From contig JACQMY010000020.1 of assembly GCA_016203305.1 (NCBI GenBank), forward strand, positions 8,003 to 72,002: DNA of 64,000 nt, in the 5' to 3' direction. The DNA is from Candidatus Woesearchaeota archaeon (GTDB taxonomy: Archaea > Nanobdellota > Nanobdellia > Woesearchaeales > ARS49). The translations under genes and the position numbers were made by a program. Of this stretch, positions 29,019 to 39,106 are shown in pieces (position 1 is the first letter of the stretch; each line of letters begins with the position of its first letter). Below the pieces are notes generated by a model that did no database searches, had not been told where the DNA came from, and saw only the letters and a list, made by a program, of their open reading frames with translations.

Positions 29019-30364
29019 ACCTCGAACCATTCTTCAAAGCAAGAACAATAGCAGTCATCGGAGCAAGCAGAGAATCAGGCAAAATAGGAAACGTCATACT
29101 CAAACAACTCATGGGCAGGGCATTCACACCATATCCCGTCAACCCCTCTGCAGAAAGCATTCTGGGACTGAGATGCTATCCTGTGGTTACCGACATTACA
29201 GGAAGCGTGGAACTCGCAGTCATCGCAACACCTGCAGCAACCATTCCAGCAGTCCTAGACCAATGCGGCAAAAAAGGAATACACCATGTCGTGATTATCA
29301 GCGCAGGATTCAAAGAAATAGGCAACACCAAACTAGAAAAACAATTACAAGACAAGCTCAAAGCAAACAATATCCACTGCATTGGACCAAATTGCCTTGG
29401 AGTCTTTGACGCGCACACCAAGCTAGACATGCTATTCCTCCCACACGAAAAACTCAAACGACCAAAACCAGGAGTGATATCATTCATCAGCCAAAGCGGA
29501 GCAACAGGAAGCGCCATCCTAGACCTGGCAGCACACGAAGGCTACGGGTTTGCGAAATTCATCAGCTATGGCAATGCGGCAAACGTAGACGAAAGCGACC
29601 TACTAGAATACCTTGCAAACGACCCGGACACAAAAGTCATCTGCATGTACGTCGAAGGCATAACACAAGGCAGGAAATTCATTGACATCGCAAAAAGATG
29701 CAAGAAACCAATCATTGCAGTAAAGGGAGGCACTACTACAGTGGGCAGCAGAGCAGCACAAAGCCACACAGGAAGCCTCGCAGGAAGCGCAGAAGTCTAC
29801 TTTGGAGCATTCGCACAAGCAGGAGTCATCCGCGCAAAAACCCTGCAGGAACTCTTTGAGTACGTAACAATATTTGAAAAAAGCAGAGTGAGAGCAGCAG
29901 GAAACAGAGTGCATATCGTAACCAACGGAGGAGGATACGGCATACTAACTGCAGATGCAGTAGAACACGAAGGACTACAACTCGCGAAACCAGGGAAAAA
30001 CCTCAGCCAATTAAGAAAAAACTTTCCGCCAACAGTAGTGCTGCACAATCCAACAGACCTGCTCGGAGACGCAACAGACGAACGCTACCAATTAGTACTC
30101 GATGCGATCATCAAAGACTCAGAAAACGATGCAATCATCGTAATAGCACTTCCACAAACACCACTACTTGATGAAAACCTCATCCACGTGCTCGCGGCAG
30201 CATACAAAAAAAGCCACAAACCAATAGTCCTCGTGACAACAGGAAGCGAAACAGCACAAAACCTCAAAAGAAAAGCAGAAGCAGCAGGAATACCCGCATA
30301 TGACTTTCCGGAGAATGCCGTAAGAGCGTTAGCGGCTTACACAAAATATTGCTCAAACTGTTAA
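29015..30364 (+). CDS. acdA: ADP-forming acyl-CoA synthetase alpha subunit
   Basis: IAVIGAS, GPNCLG, SQSG, SHTGSLAG (phospho-His), NPTDLLGDA. Confidence 0.92.
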   Translation: MNLEPFFKARTIAVIGASRESGKIGNVILKQLMGRAFTPYPVNPSAESILGLRCYPVVTDITGSVELAVIATPAATIPAVLDQCGKKGIHHVVIISAGFKEIGNTKLEKQLQDKLKANNIHCIGPNCLGVFDAHTKLDMLFLPHEKLKRPKPGVISFISQSGATGSAILDLAAHEGYGFAKFISYGNAANVDESDLLEYLANDPDTKVICMYVEGITQGRKFIDIAKRCKKPIIAVKGGTTTVGSRAAQSHTGSLAGSAEVYFGAFAQAGVIRAKTLQELFEYVTIFEKSRVRAAGNRVHIVTNGGGYGILTADAVEHEGLQLAKPGKNLSQLRKNFPPTVVLHNPTDLLGDATDERYQLVLDAIIKDSENDAIIVIALPQTPLLDENLIHVLAAAYKKSHKPIVLVTTGSETAQNLKRKAEAAGIPAYDFPENAVRALAAYTKYCSNC

Positions 30365-30377
30365 ATCACGATCCAAC

Positions 30378-30908
30378 ATGAAAGAAATCAAACTCGAAAA
30401 AGGAATCACATTACGCCCATTCTCCAAAGAAGATAAAAACGGATACGCAGAAGTAAACAACGACCCTTTAACAAAAAAAATGTTCACAAGCGTACCAGCA
30501 GACGAAGCAGAGCTGGACGCAGAAATTGAAGAAAAAATAGGAAAAGCAAAAGCAGGAGTGTCCAAAACTTTAACAATACTGGTGAATGGAGAATACGCAG
30601 GAGGAGTTGTTCTTGAATTCGAGAATTGGGACCCAAAAAATGATGTTGGTCGAGTGCACGTATGGATACATCCAAAATTCAGGAATAAAGGCATTGCAAC
30701 AAAAGCACTCCAATGGATTGTCGGTCACGGATTCAAAATCGGATTCAAAAGGATATACGCACAGCATAAAACGATAAACCTTGCCGTTGCCAAAATCAAC
30801 AAAAAACTAGGATTTGTCCTTGAAAGAGAAATGGTGCAAGGTGATGTCAAAAAGTTAAGATGGTACAAAGACAACCCAATGCCTGCAAAGACAAAGATAA
30901 AATTCTAA
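30378..30908 (+). CDS. GNAT N-acetyltransferase (RimJ/RimL-like)
   Basis: LRPF, WIHPKFRNKGIATKAL, KLGF. Confidence 0.85.
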   Translation: MKEIKLEKGITLRPFSKEDKNGYAEVNNDPLTKKMFTSVPADEAELDAEIEEKIGKAKAGVSKTLTILVNGEYAGGVVLEFENWDPKNDVGRVHVWIHPKFRNKGIATKALQWIVGHGFKIGFKRIYAQHKTINLAVAKINKKLGFVLEREMVQGDVKKLRWYKDNPMPAKTKIKF

Positions 30909-30916
30909 ATGGCCAA

Positions 30917-32080
30917 TCACTTCTTGCCTTGTCTGCTTATGAACTTCTCAATACTGTCCATCGCCGTCTCAATAACAGGAAGCTTTGTCGCAAAACTGCA
31001 CCTTATATGACCATCGCCTTCAGAGCCAAAATCACTGCCCGGAACAACAGCAACTTTTTCCTTTTTCAACAATTCAAACGCGAACTTCTTGCTGTTCCTG
31101 CTCAGATGTTTAATGTTTGAAAATGTGTAAAAAGCGCCCTTTGGACTCGGCGTTGAAAGTCCCATCTCGTTCAACCTTTCAACAATGACCTTTCTTCTTT
31201 TGTCATACTCCTTAACCATGGCATTAGTGTACTTAGCTGGCAAAGAAAGCGCTTTCACGCCGAGCTTTTGTGAAATTGTTGGAGCACAAATAGTCGTGTA
31301 AACATGAGTCTTTTTGATAGCCTCAGCAACATGCTTAGGAGCCACGACATAACCAAGACGAAAACCACACATTGCAAAAGACTTTGAAAAAGTCTGAAAA
31401 GTAAACACGTGCTTATCCATGCCATTCAGACTCGCCATGCTGACATGCTTCGCACCATTGTAAACAAGCTTCTCGTATGCTTCGTCAGAAAAAACCGACA
31501 AATCAAACTCAACAGCAAGATCGGCAATCTCTTCCAACACTTTTTTTCTTATCACATTGCCAGTTGGATTGGCAGGAGAGTTCAAGATCAGAACTTTTGT
31601 CTTCTTACGATCAATGTTCTTCCTGATCTCATCAGGATCAGGCTCGAACGAGTTCTCCTCTTTCAGCGAAAAAAACCTGGGGGATGCATTAAACAACTCG
31701 ATAGTCGGCAAAAACGCCATAAAACTCGGATTCGGCAAAAGAACCTGTTCTGACGGGTCCAACGTAACAGCAGCAGCAATAAGCAAAGCCTCCTGAGAAC
31801 CACACGTAACCACTACGTTCTCAGGAACAGCACGAATACCATTCTCTTTTTTCAGTTTTTTACAAATCGCCTCGCGCAACTCCAACAAACCACCAGGAGA
31901 AGCATAATGATTAACTTGGTTTGCAAGTCTCTTAACCTCTGAAACCAACGGCTTAGGCAACGGAAAATCAGGCTCGCCAGGACCAAGAGAAAGCACACTC
32001 TTATCCTCAACCATCAACTCAATAAGCTTCTCAATAGCCTGATCAGGCAACTGCTGCTCGCGCTCGGATAAGTGGACCAT
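30917..32080 (-). CDS. Class I/II PLP-dependent aminotransferase
   Basis: GEPDF, NSPANPTG, SDEAY, FSKSFAMCGFRLG. Confidence 0.92.
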   Translation of the reverse strand: MVHLSEREQQLPDQAIEKLIELMVEDKSVLSLGPGEPDFPLPKPLVSEVKRLANQVNHYASPGGLLELREAICKKLKKENGIRAVPENVVVTCGSQEALLIAAAVTLDPSEQVLLPNPSFMAFLPTIELFNASPRFFSLKEENSFEPDPDEIRKNIDRKKTKVLILNSPANPTGNVIRKKVLEEIADLAVEFDLSVFSDEAYEKLVYNGAKHVSMASLNGMDKHVFTFQTFSKSFAMCGFRLGYVVAPKHVAEAIKKTHVYTTICAPTISQKLGVKALSLPAKYTNAMVKEYDKRRKVIVERLNEMGLSTPSPKGAFYTFSNIKHLSRNSKKFAFELLKKEKVAVVPGSDFGSEGDGHIRCSFATKLPVIETAMDSIEKFISRQGKK

Positions 32081-32082
32081 TC

Positions 32083-32107
32083 AGGTATTAGGCATTAGGT
32101 TGTAGGC
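32083..32107 (+). repeat. Short heptamer array
   Basis: tattagg cattagg ttgtagg between two minus-strand genes. Confidence 0.7.
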
Positions 32108-32161
32108 AAATGCATCCTCCTTTTCATCAGACAGAACACAACGCAATATTAAAAGGTTTGG

Positions 32162-32359
32162 TCACGAAAGCATCTCGACCTTTACTTGCCTCGGCAAAGG
32201 CATTCGCTCTTTCACGAAAAGAATCTCGATTCCAATGATTTGCCCATCACTATCGTAATCAATCATTGTATCAACATTCACTTCCTCAGTCTTCGCTACC
32301 TTACCCTCTCGCAACTTGATGTACATCGCATCCGCAGTTGTATCATATTGTATTTTCAT
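32162..32359 (-). CDS. DUF2283 protein (putative antitoxin)
   Basis: YDTTADAMYI, DYDSDGQIIGIEI. Confidence 0.88.
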   Translation of the reverse strand: MKIQYDTTADAMYIKLREGKVAKTEEVNVDTMIDYDSDGQIIGIEILFVKERMPLPRQVKVEMLS

Positions 32360-32360
32360 C

Positions 32361-32570
32361 TTACACCCAGTACATGGTAATAACCTTTATATGCGTTTCT
32401 CTCACGTATACCACGCGTAATGTTTTACCGTTCAATTTCTTTGTCACGTAAAACTTGTGCTCTTGCCTCTTTGTGAAATTCGGTGCCTTGATGGTTTCCT
32501 CAACCCAAACACGCTCAACGCACCTCGCATTCAGTTGGTATTCCGCATGATTTGTGTATTCAATTCGCAC
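32361..32570 (-). CDS. DUF4258 protein (putative RelE/BrnT-like toxin)
   Basis: YTNHA, LRVVY, VITMY. Confidence 0.82.
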   Translation of the reverse strand: MRIEYTNHAEYQLNARCVERVWVEETIKAPNFTKRQEHKFYVTKKLNGKTLRVVYVRETHIKVITMYWV

Positions 32571-32645
32571 TTACTACACAAGATATCAACCCTTAATATA
32601 CCCGTCGATGCAAAAACCGGAAAGTTTACGGATCAGATTGGAAAT

Positions 32646-33854
32646 TCAGTGCTGACAAGCATCTCTCTTGGTGAACAAGTTAAGCGTCCACTCCCATGCT
32701 GTTCTCAACTTGTTGCCAAAGCCGATGATTTTCGTCAAATAAATCGTTCGGTTCAGCCACCAAGCAAAAAAACCAGTAACCTTGAAGCCAAATATTATTC
32801 CTGTGCCGTGTCCTTTGCCTAAAGACAAAAGGGTGCCTTTAGACTTGTACAAAAATGGCTCTGGCGATCTTCCGTCCAGCAAAGCACGGATGTTCCTTGC
32901 AACATGCTTGCCCTCCTCAGTAGCCACCTGGGCCAAAGCGGGCAAAGGGTCAGCAGATCCTTTTTGTGTGTATGTTGCACAGTCACCAATCACGAAAACC
33001 TCAGGAAAAGCAGGCACTTGCAAAAACTCATTAACCAAAATGCAACCACGTTCATTAGCTAAAGAAGGAGTTGTTGGCAAAACATTAGGCTTAACACCTG
33101 CAGTCCAAATAATCGTTCCAGCATCAATTGCTTTCTTGTCAAGAACAACCTGTCCATGATTAACTTCCTTCACAGGACTGTTAAGCAGCACTTTCACACC
33201 ATGCTTTCTCAATTGACGCTCAGCATCCTTTCTGAGTTCGGGAAGCTGCGGCAAAATATGCTCTCCACGCTGCACCAAAACAACCTCTGCGCGATGCTTG
33301 AAATTCTTGTTGCTCGCCACCACTTGGTCTAACAACTCCTGCATCTCAATAGCAAGCTCAACACCAGTAGGACCAGCACCAATGACAACAACACGAGACA
33401 ACGAATCACGCTCTAGCGCCGTCTTTGCTTTGAATGCCTTCTCCAAACACTCAATAACTTGAGACTTAATCCTGTGCGCATCATGCAAACCCTTCAAAGT
33501 TAAACAATTCTTTTCAGCACCTAGAATGTTGAAAAAGTTTGTAGTAGAACCAGTGCTCAACACAAGATGATCGTACTTCAATTCCTGTTCATCAAGTTTC
33601 ACAATACTTCTTTCCAAATCAACAGACTGCGCAACACCTTTTATGAAAGTAAAGTTAGGAGCGTTCAACACCTCACGAATAGGCTCTGCAAGATTGTGGC
33701 CGCACAAACCACCAGTAGCAACCTCGTGCAACATGGGCACAAACAAGAAAAAATTAGTCCTGTTCACCAAAGTAACGTGCGCATTAGCCTTCAACAACTT
33801 CTTAGCGCAATACACACCAGCAAAACCGCCACCGATGATAACTATGCGTTTCAT
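32646..33854 (-). CDS. ndh: Type II NADH dehydrogenase-like flavoprotein
   Basis: IGGGFAG, GAGPTGVELA, IWTAGV, VFVIGD, AQVA. Confidence 0.88.
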   Translation of the reverse strand: MKRIVIIGGGFAGVYCAKKLLKANAHVTLVNRTNFFLFVPMLHEVATGGLCGHNLAEPIREVLNAPNFTFIKGVAQSVDLERSIVKLDEQELKYDHLVLSTGSTTNFFNILGAEKNCLTLKGLHDAHRIKSQVIECLEKAFKAKTALERDSLSRVVVIGAGPTGVELAIEMQELLDQVVASNKNFKHRAEVVLVQRGEHILPQLPELRKDAERQLRKHGVKVLLNSPVKEVNHGQVVLDKKAIDAGTIIWTAGVKPNVLPTTPSLANERGCILVNEFLQVPAFPEVFVIGDCATYTQKGSADPLPALAQVATEEGKHVARNIRALLDGRSPEPFLYKSKGTLLSLGKGHGTGIIFGFKVTGFFAWWLNRTIYLTKIIGFGNKLRTAWEWTLNLFTKRDACQH

Positions 33855-33928
33855 TGACTCATTTGCAGAAGTCGGTTATAAAAAACTGCTGCACAAAGCT
33901 TAAAAACCAAAGCTTTTCAATCATTGTT

Positions 33929-34078
33929 ATGCAAGGGATGACGAAAGATGATTGGGTGTTGGTTGTTATCATACTAATACTCCTAGTTGTAATAGCGCTC
34001 ATAACAATGAATCTTGACACGTTCTTCCCAACACCAACAGCACAACAAGCAGTAATACAAGCAATGAACAAAACATGA
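33929..34078 (+). CDS. Small single-TM protein
   Basis: Hydrophobic stretch, ATGA overlap with next gene. Confidence 0.5.
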   Translation: MQGMTKDDWVLVVIILILLVVIALITMNLDTFFPTPTAQQAVIQAMNKT

Positions 34079-34863
34079 TACTACAACATTTTGCAATAAA
34101 AGAATTCGTAAACACCCTGCAACAATTGAAAAAATCACCATTCCTCCTTGTTGTAGCAGCACTCATCGACGCAGCATCATTCATAGCGTACGGATTCTTC
34201 ACCACGTCAATCTCTGACAGAATAGTAGCGCAAGGTGTTCTGCTGACAAACCAAGTCAGCAGCCTGCTCGCTCAAGGGAAACAAGGAATACTATACCTCC
34301 TCTTTCAAAACCCGATACGGCCGCTCACAGGCAAACTACTAATGCTATTAGCACTTCTATTTGTTGTAACATTCATCGTGTACACGGCATTCCAAGCAAC
34401 AAGCTGGTATTTCGCACACCACATCGCAGGAAGAAAACCAGGATACAAAAACTACGTGCTAACATTCGCTAAACTAAACTTATTCTGGACAGCGCTGTAC
34501 ATACTCTACAAAATCCTAGACACATACTTCGGCCTACGCTATGTTGTCATCAAAAAATTCTCACCAGAAGCATACAATATGGCGGGCATTATTCTGTTCA
34601 TGCTGTTAGTTATTGCATTAATAGCAGCAGCATTCAGCTATGCAACGCTAAACACAAAAACCCTCTTCAGAACACCATTAAAGAAAACAATCCCATTGCT
34701 TTTGGTATGTGCAATAATATTCCTCAACGCACAATTCCTAATAAACCAAGCAGCAAAAGTAAATATTGATTTTGGCCTTGTGTTTGGAATAGTCCTGTTA
34801 TTCCCAGTCATAATATTCCTAAAAACATACCTGGTGAACTGCCTTGATCACGCACAACATTAA
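34075..34863 (+). CDS. Hypothetical multi-pass membrane protein
   Basis: About six TM segments; overlaps lgt start. Confidence 0.75.
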   Translation: MILQHFAIKEFVNTLQQLKKSPFLLVVAALIDAASFIAYGFFTTSISDRIVAQGVLLTNQVSSLLAQGKQGILYLLFQNPIRPLTGKLLMLLALLFVVTFIVYTAFQATSWYFAHHIAGRKPGYKNYVLTFAKLNLFWTALYILYKILDTYFGLRYVVIKKFSPEAYNMAGIILFMLLVIALIAAAFSYATLNTKTLFRTPLKKTIPLLLVCAIIFLNAQFLINQAAKVNIDFGLVFGIVLLFPVIIFLKTYLVNCLDHAQH

Positions 34864-35590
34864 CCCAACAATCCTGCACCTGGGACCACTCGAAATAAGA
34901 TGGTACGGAGTAATGTACTTACTTGCCTTCCTGATAGTACACTATTATTGCAAAAGAGCCATCAAACAAGGCAAGCTAAAAATAACAGAAAAAGAACTAG
35001 ACGACCTGCTAGGACAACAAGTACTTGCCATGATCATCGGCGCGCGCATATTCTACGCACTCTTCTACAACCCAACATACTTCATGCAGTATCCGTGGAA
35101 GATAATCGCGGTCTGGGAAGGAGGACTATCATTCCACGGTGGACTAATAGCCATGATAATAACAGGAGTGTGGTTCTGCCGCAAGAAAAAACTACACTTC
35201 TGGCAACTAGTTGACGTGTTCATAGTACCATTAAGCCTTGGAAACGCGCTGGGACGAATAGGAAATTTCATCAACGGAGAACTATACGGAATACCAACAA
35301 GCCTGCCATGGGGAATATTATTCCCCGGAACAACAGAACCAAGGCATCCAACACAATTGTACGAAGCAGCATACAACGTTCTAATATTTGGCATACTCTA
35401 CGCAACACGAAACAAACCCTGGAAACCAGGAACACACTTCGGCCTCTTCTTAATATTATACGGAATCTTCCGATTTGCAACAGAATTTATCAAAGACCTG
35501 CCAGTTTATGGGCCTTTAACAATGGGACAATGGCTAACACTACCAGTATTTCTAGCAGGAATATGGCTGGTGTGGAGAAATAAGGAATAG
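34844..35590 (+). CDS. lgt: Prolipoprotein diacylglyceryl transferase
   Basis: IRWYG, GGLSFHGG, GRIGNFING, RHPTQLYE, YGIFRF. Confidence 0.95.
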   Translation: MITHNINPTILHLGPLEIRWYGVMYLLAFLIVHYYCKRAIKQGKLKITEKELDDLLGQQVLAMIIGARIFYALFYNPTYFMQYPWKIIAVWEGGLSFHGGLIAMIITGVWFCRKKKLHFWQLVDVFIVPLSLGNALGRIGNFINGELYGIPTSLPWGILFPGTTEPRHPTQLYEAAYNVLIFGILYATRNKPWKPGTHFGLFLILYGIFRFATEFIKDLPVYGPLTMGQWLTLPVFLAGIWLVWRNKE

Positions 35591-35722
35591 GCATTAGGTG
35601 TTAGGACGTAGGTATTAGGTTGTTGGCTGTTAGCTATTGAAATTTGGCTGTTTGCTCTTGGCCGGTGGCGGTTAGTAATAATGGCTAAAGGCCAATGGTT
35701 GTAGGGCGAAGGCGGAAGAAGA
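35585..35722 (+). repeat. Heptamer array
   Basis: cattagg tgttagg acgtagg tattagg ttgttgg ctgttag ctattga ... Confidence 0.88.
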
Positions 35723-35763
35723 ACTACGTAATGTTTAAATACTTCCCAACTCTTTTTATCGAT

Positions 35764-36198
35764 ATGCAAAAAAGAGCGTTGATGGTAGTATTATTACTTG
35801 TCCTGGCAGCATGCGCAAATGAGGTACAACCCGTGCAGCCAAGGCCAATGCCAAACATCGACATCTCGATACCAAGCTCACTACCAGATCGGCCACGCTA
35901 CGAGCCACCACCAACCTCGCCAACAGCAATGCCAACAGTTGTAAGGCATGAAATCGAAGCAACAAGAGCAGAATTCCTACCAAGCGAAATCAAAGTCAAA
36001 AAAGGAACCTATGTAAAGCTCGTAATCACTGCAGTTGACGTCGCACAAAGGTTCACCATGCCAACCTATGGCGTAGATGAGCCGCTGCCAGTAGGACAAG
36101 ACATAACAATAGAATTCCTCGCAGACAGAGAAGGAAGCTACACGTTCTACTCAGAAGGCCACAAAGGCATGGAAGGAAGACTGGTAGTTACGCCTTAG
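35764..36198 (+). CDS. Lipoprotein with cupredoxin-like domain
   Basis: VLAAC lipobox; FLPSEIKVKKG, EFLADREGSYTFY, HKGMEG. Confidence 0.8.
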   Translation: MQKRALMVVLLLVLAACANEVQPVQPRPMPNIDISIPSSLPDRPRYEPPPTSPTAMPTVVRHEIEATRAEFLPSEIKVKKGTYVKLVITAVDVAQRFTMPTYGVDEPLPVGQDITIEFLADREGSYTFYSEGHKGMEGRLVVTP

Positions 36199-37120
36199 TA
36201 TCTTTCAATTCTCTAACGCTCTTCCAGAAAAAGAACACAAGCACGCCAACAGTTATCGCAGGGCTTCCCCAAACAGGAATGTGTGCGCCAAAAGCCTCGG
36301 CAACCATAAAACTCCCCAAAAACAAAATGCTATACATCGCGCCATTCTTCAAATACTTGTACTTCTTAACCCGCTCAATATTACCAACAGTAAGTTGGCG
36401 AACAGCAATAGCGCCCAAACCATTCCCCAACAAAATCAACGGCAAACTAAAAGTAAAAGCGAAAGCACCAAGAACACCATCAATGCTAAACGTAGCATCA
36501 ATCGCCTCCAAGTACATAATCTTGCTAATATCAGACAAGCTGCCCTTTTCCTTTTCATGCAACAATTGGTGCTCAACAGCCTCAGCATTCTGCTTGAAGC
36601 CATGCACTATAAAGAAAACAGTAGAGCCAACAACAGCAGAAAAGCCCAGAATTCCGCTAATCTTAATCGCGTACCATGTAACAAATGCCAAAATCACAGA
36701 AACAGCAGCGTAAAACCAAACACTATGCCTGTGGAAGAACCTCTCATGATGCAAACCATAATTCTTTGTCTCCATGAAAAGCCAATGGAAAAACAAGAAA
36801 ACCAAGAAAATCCCGCCACCCATCAACAAAACAGGAGAAGACTTCTCAATAATTTCATGAACAGAAGAATCATTCGAAAAGGTAGCAGTCAAAGAACCAA
36901 TAAAGCCAAGCTCAGGAGCAGTAAAGAAAATGATCAACCAAGGCAGCAAGCCACGAATCAAAAACACGGCAACAAGAATGCCCCACACCAAAAACCAACG
37001 ACGCGCCTTCCGCGACATTGTGTTCAACACTTCAGCGTTGATAACAGCATTATCAACACTGCTAACGATCTCGAACAAACACAAACCAACAACGGTAAAA
37101 ACAGCAAGCAGCCATTCCAT
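36188..37120 (-). CDS. DUF475 TerC-like membrane protein
   Basis: EIVSSVDNAVINA, LEAIDATFSIDGVLGAFA, YLKNGAMY. Confidence 0.9.
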   Translation of the reverse strand: MEWLLAVFTVVGLCLFEIVSSVDNAVINAEVLNTMSRKARRWFLVWGILVAVFLIRGLLPWLIIFFTAPELGFIGSLTATFSNDSSVHEIIEKSSPVLLMGGGIFLVFLFFHWLFMETKNYGLHHERFFHRHSVWFYAAVSVILAFVTWYAIKISGILGFSAVVGSTVFFIVHGFKQNAEAVEHQLLHEKEKGSLSDISKIMYLEAIDATFSIDGVLGAFAFTFSLPLILLGNGLGAIAVRQLTVGNIERVKKYKYLKNGAMYSILFLGSFMVAEAFGAHIPVWGSPAITVGVLVFFFWKSVRELKDTKA

Positions 37121-37206
37121 ACAACCATTTTCACGTCCACTGTTTAAAAGACTGACGGTCGCACAATTTAAATACCTCTAATGCAACAGTATGACAAAAG
37201 AGGCAC

Positions 37207-38379
37207 ATGAAATACGTCTTTGCATTTTTCATACTGTTACTGGCGGCATGCGCGCCATTCCAAGCAGGAAAAGCAACAGAGTTCAACGACTGCGCGCAAT
37301 TACAAGAAAAACTCGAACAACTAAATGCGCTAAAAGCAAAATACACTGCAGACTGCAGGAATGGAGATTCTAATGCCTGCCTACTAATGCGTGAACAAGA
37401 TCAAAAAATAGGCCAATACGCCTCTGCAGCACGGGCATGCGCAGCAGTTCCGCCTGCACAGCCAGGCATAACGCCTGCAGTGCCACCAACACTCCCTGGA
37501 ATACCTCCTACTCCACAGATACCTGGGCAAACAACCCCTGCTGTACCACCGCCGCCAAGCGTTCCTGAACAAGTAGCTCCAGCAGTGCCACCGCCACCTG
37601 CTGCACCAGGACAAACAACACCCACCCCGCCACCTAGCACTCAACCAGCCCCTATGGCACCACCGCCACCACCAACGCCTGGAACTCAACCATCTCCAAC
37701 TGCGCCCCCACCACCGCCTGCTCCGACAGCATCACGCGCAGACATAACAACCTCACCAGAAGGACCAGTAAGATACCTTCCAGTCACGCAACGCGGCTGC
37801 TCAGCAGACCTAGGAAAATCCTGCGGAAAGTGCGGCGGCATTGTGAAATGCGACGGAACATGCAGCATACAAACCCCTGCAAACATTGACGCGTCATGCG
37901 GCAAATGCGGAGGAAAAATCAAGTGCGACGGAACATGCAGCATACAGACTCCAGCGAACATTGACCAGCCTTGCGGTTGCGGAGGAAAAATCAATTGCGT
38001 AGGAACGTGCACAGACACGCAAACATACAGACTTGGACAGGCATGCAATTGCGGCGTCACCCAATGCGTTAACAATGCCTACCAATGCTCAGGCCCAACA
38101 TGCGCATACCCAAAAACCTGCCAGGCAGGAACGTGCAAGCTGCCCTGCACTGATACAGACGGAGGTAAAAACGCAGCAGTGCGTGGAATTACAACCGGAT
38201 ACACCCGCACCCCCTGGGGAGGACTATCATCCTACCCGCTGACTATGAATGATTACTGCGATGGAGCGTACCTCGTTGAATACTTCTGCCAACAAGGCTA
38301 CGTGGGCCCAGGAGCCATGGACGGCCTGCTCGAACAAGTCAGAATACAGTGCAGGTGCAGTGGCGGAGCTTGTGTTTAA
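37207..38379 (+). CDS. Pro- and Cys-rich lipoprotein
   Basis: LLAAC lipobox, poly-Pro linker, tandem CGKCGGxxKCDGTCSIQTPANID repeats, CTDTDGG...EYFC. Confidence 0.85.
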   Translation: MKYVFAFFILLLAACAPFQAGKATEFNDCAQLQEKLEQLNALKAKYTADCRNGDSNACLLMREQDQKIGQYASAARACAAVPPAQPGITPAVPPTLPGIPPTPQIPGQTTPAVPPPPSVPEQVAPAVPPPPAAPGQTTPTPPPSTQPAPMAPPPPPTPGTQPSPTAPPPPPAPTASRADITTSPEGPVRYLPVTQRGCSADLGKSCGKCGGIVKCDGTCSIQTPANIDASCGKCGGKIKCDGTCSIQTPANIDQPCGCGGKINCVGTCTDTQTYRLGQACNCGVTQCVNNAYQCSGPTCAYPKTCQAGTCKLPCTDTDGGKNAAVRGITTGYTRTPWGGLSSYPLTMNDYCDGAYLVEYFCQQGYVGPGAMDGLLEQVRIQCRCSGGACV

Positions 38380-38431
38380 TCACAATCTTTAAATAAGAAC
38401 TGTGCTCTTTTCCACAAAAAGGTGATTCACA

Positions 38432-38716
38432 ATGGCAACAGCAACAAAAACCAAGGTGGTACCAAAACCAGCCACAAAAACAACAAAAGTCAAAGTCTAC
38501 TCAACACCAACCTGCCCGTACTGCCACGCGGCAAAAGACTTTTTGAAAGAAAATAAAGTTGAGTATGAAGACATAGACGTAAGCAAAAACCAAGACGCAG
38601 CCCAAGAAATGATAGAAAAAAGCGGACAAATGGGCGTACCAGTCCTAGACATCAACGGCACAATAATAGTCGGATTTGACAAAGACGCAATAAAGAAAGC
38701 GCTGAAACTCAAGTGA
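38432..38716 (+). CDS. Glutaredoxin (NrdH/YruB-like)
   Basis: YSTPTCPYC, SGQMGVPV, IVGFD. Confidence 0.92.
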   Translation: MATATKTKVVPKPATKTTKVKVYSTPTCPYCHAAKDFLKENKVEYEDIDVSKNQDAAQEMIEKSGQMGVPVLDINGTIIVGFDKDAIKKALKLK

Positions 38717-38738
38717 TACGCGTTAAAGTTGAATTAGT

Positions 38739-38927
38739 TCAGCCAGTTTTGTAATTGTCCCTTCTTACACGTTCCTTGTACGACTGCTCTTTTGCGGGAG
38801 GAACGTATGACTCTTTCTTTAGCAAAGCCAGCGCTTCCTCAGTTGCTATCTCCCAGCGCAAATCATCAAGCATGCGTTCAAGATCAGGATTATGGCAACA
38901 CCACGGGCGTAAATGACGGTCACTCAC
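38739..38927 (-). CDS. Small hypothetical protein
   Basis: 62-aa ORF filling the intergenic gap. Confidence 0.4.
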   Translation of the reverse strand: MSDRHLRPWCCHNPDLERMLDDLRWEIATEEALALLKKESYVPPAKEQSYKERVRRDNYKTG

Positions 38928-39049
38928 ACATTACACAAAAAGACTCTTCTTTAAAAACACTATGACTTATTTCTCAGCCCAACGCTAGACCTATCAAAAG
39001 GTTAATTGTTCCAAAACACTTAAAAAACCCAACAGCATTGTCCTATCAA

Positions 39050-39106
39050 AGAGGCATCGCCACTTCGTGGCGGGTCTCATTTTTGAACCAAAAATGAGGT
39101 GATATC
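39050..39106 (+). promoter_or_regulatory. Structured 5' leader, copy 1
   Basis: AGAGGCATCGCCACTTCGTGGCGGGTCTCATTTTTGAACCAAAAATGAGGTGA; near-identical to 52075-52131. Confidence 0.8.

Noticed and set aside
36281-37147. Long plus-strand ORFs opposite real genes (also 44551-45405, 46991-47617, 61163-61963) and minus-strand shadows (3663-4538, 51056-51874)
   Set aside because: They are antisense shadows of well-supported genes; low T content on the plus strand and codon bias suppress stops, and the translations have no motifs.
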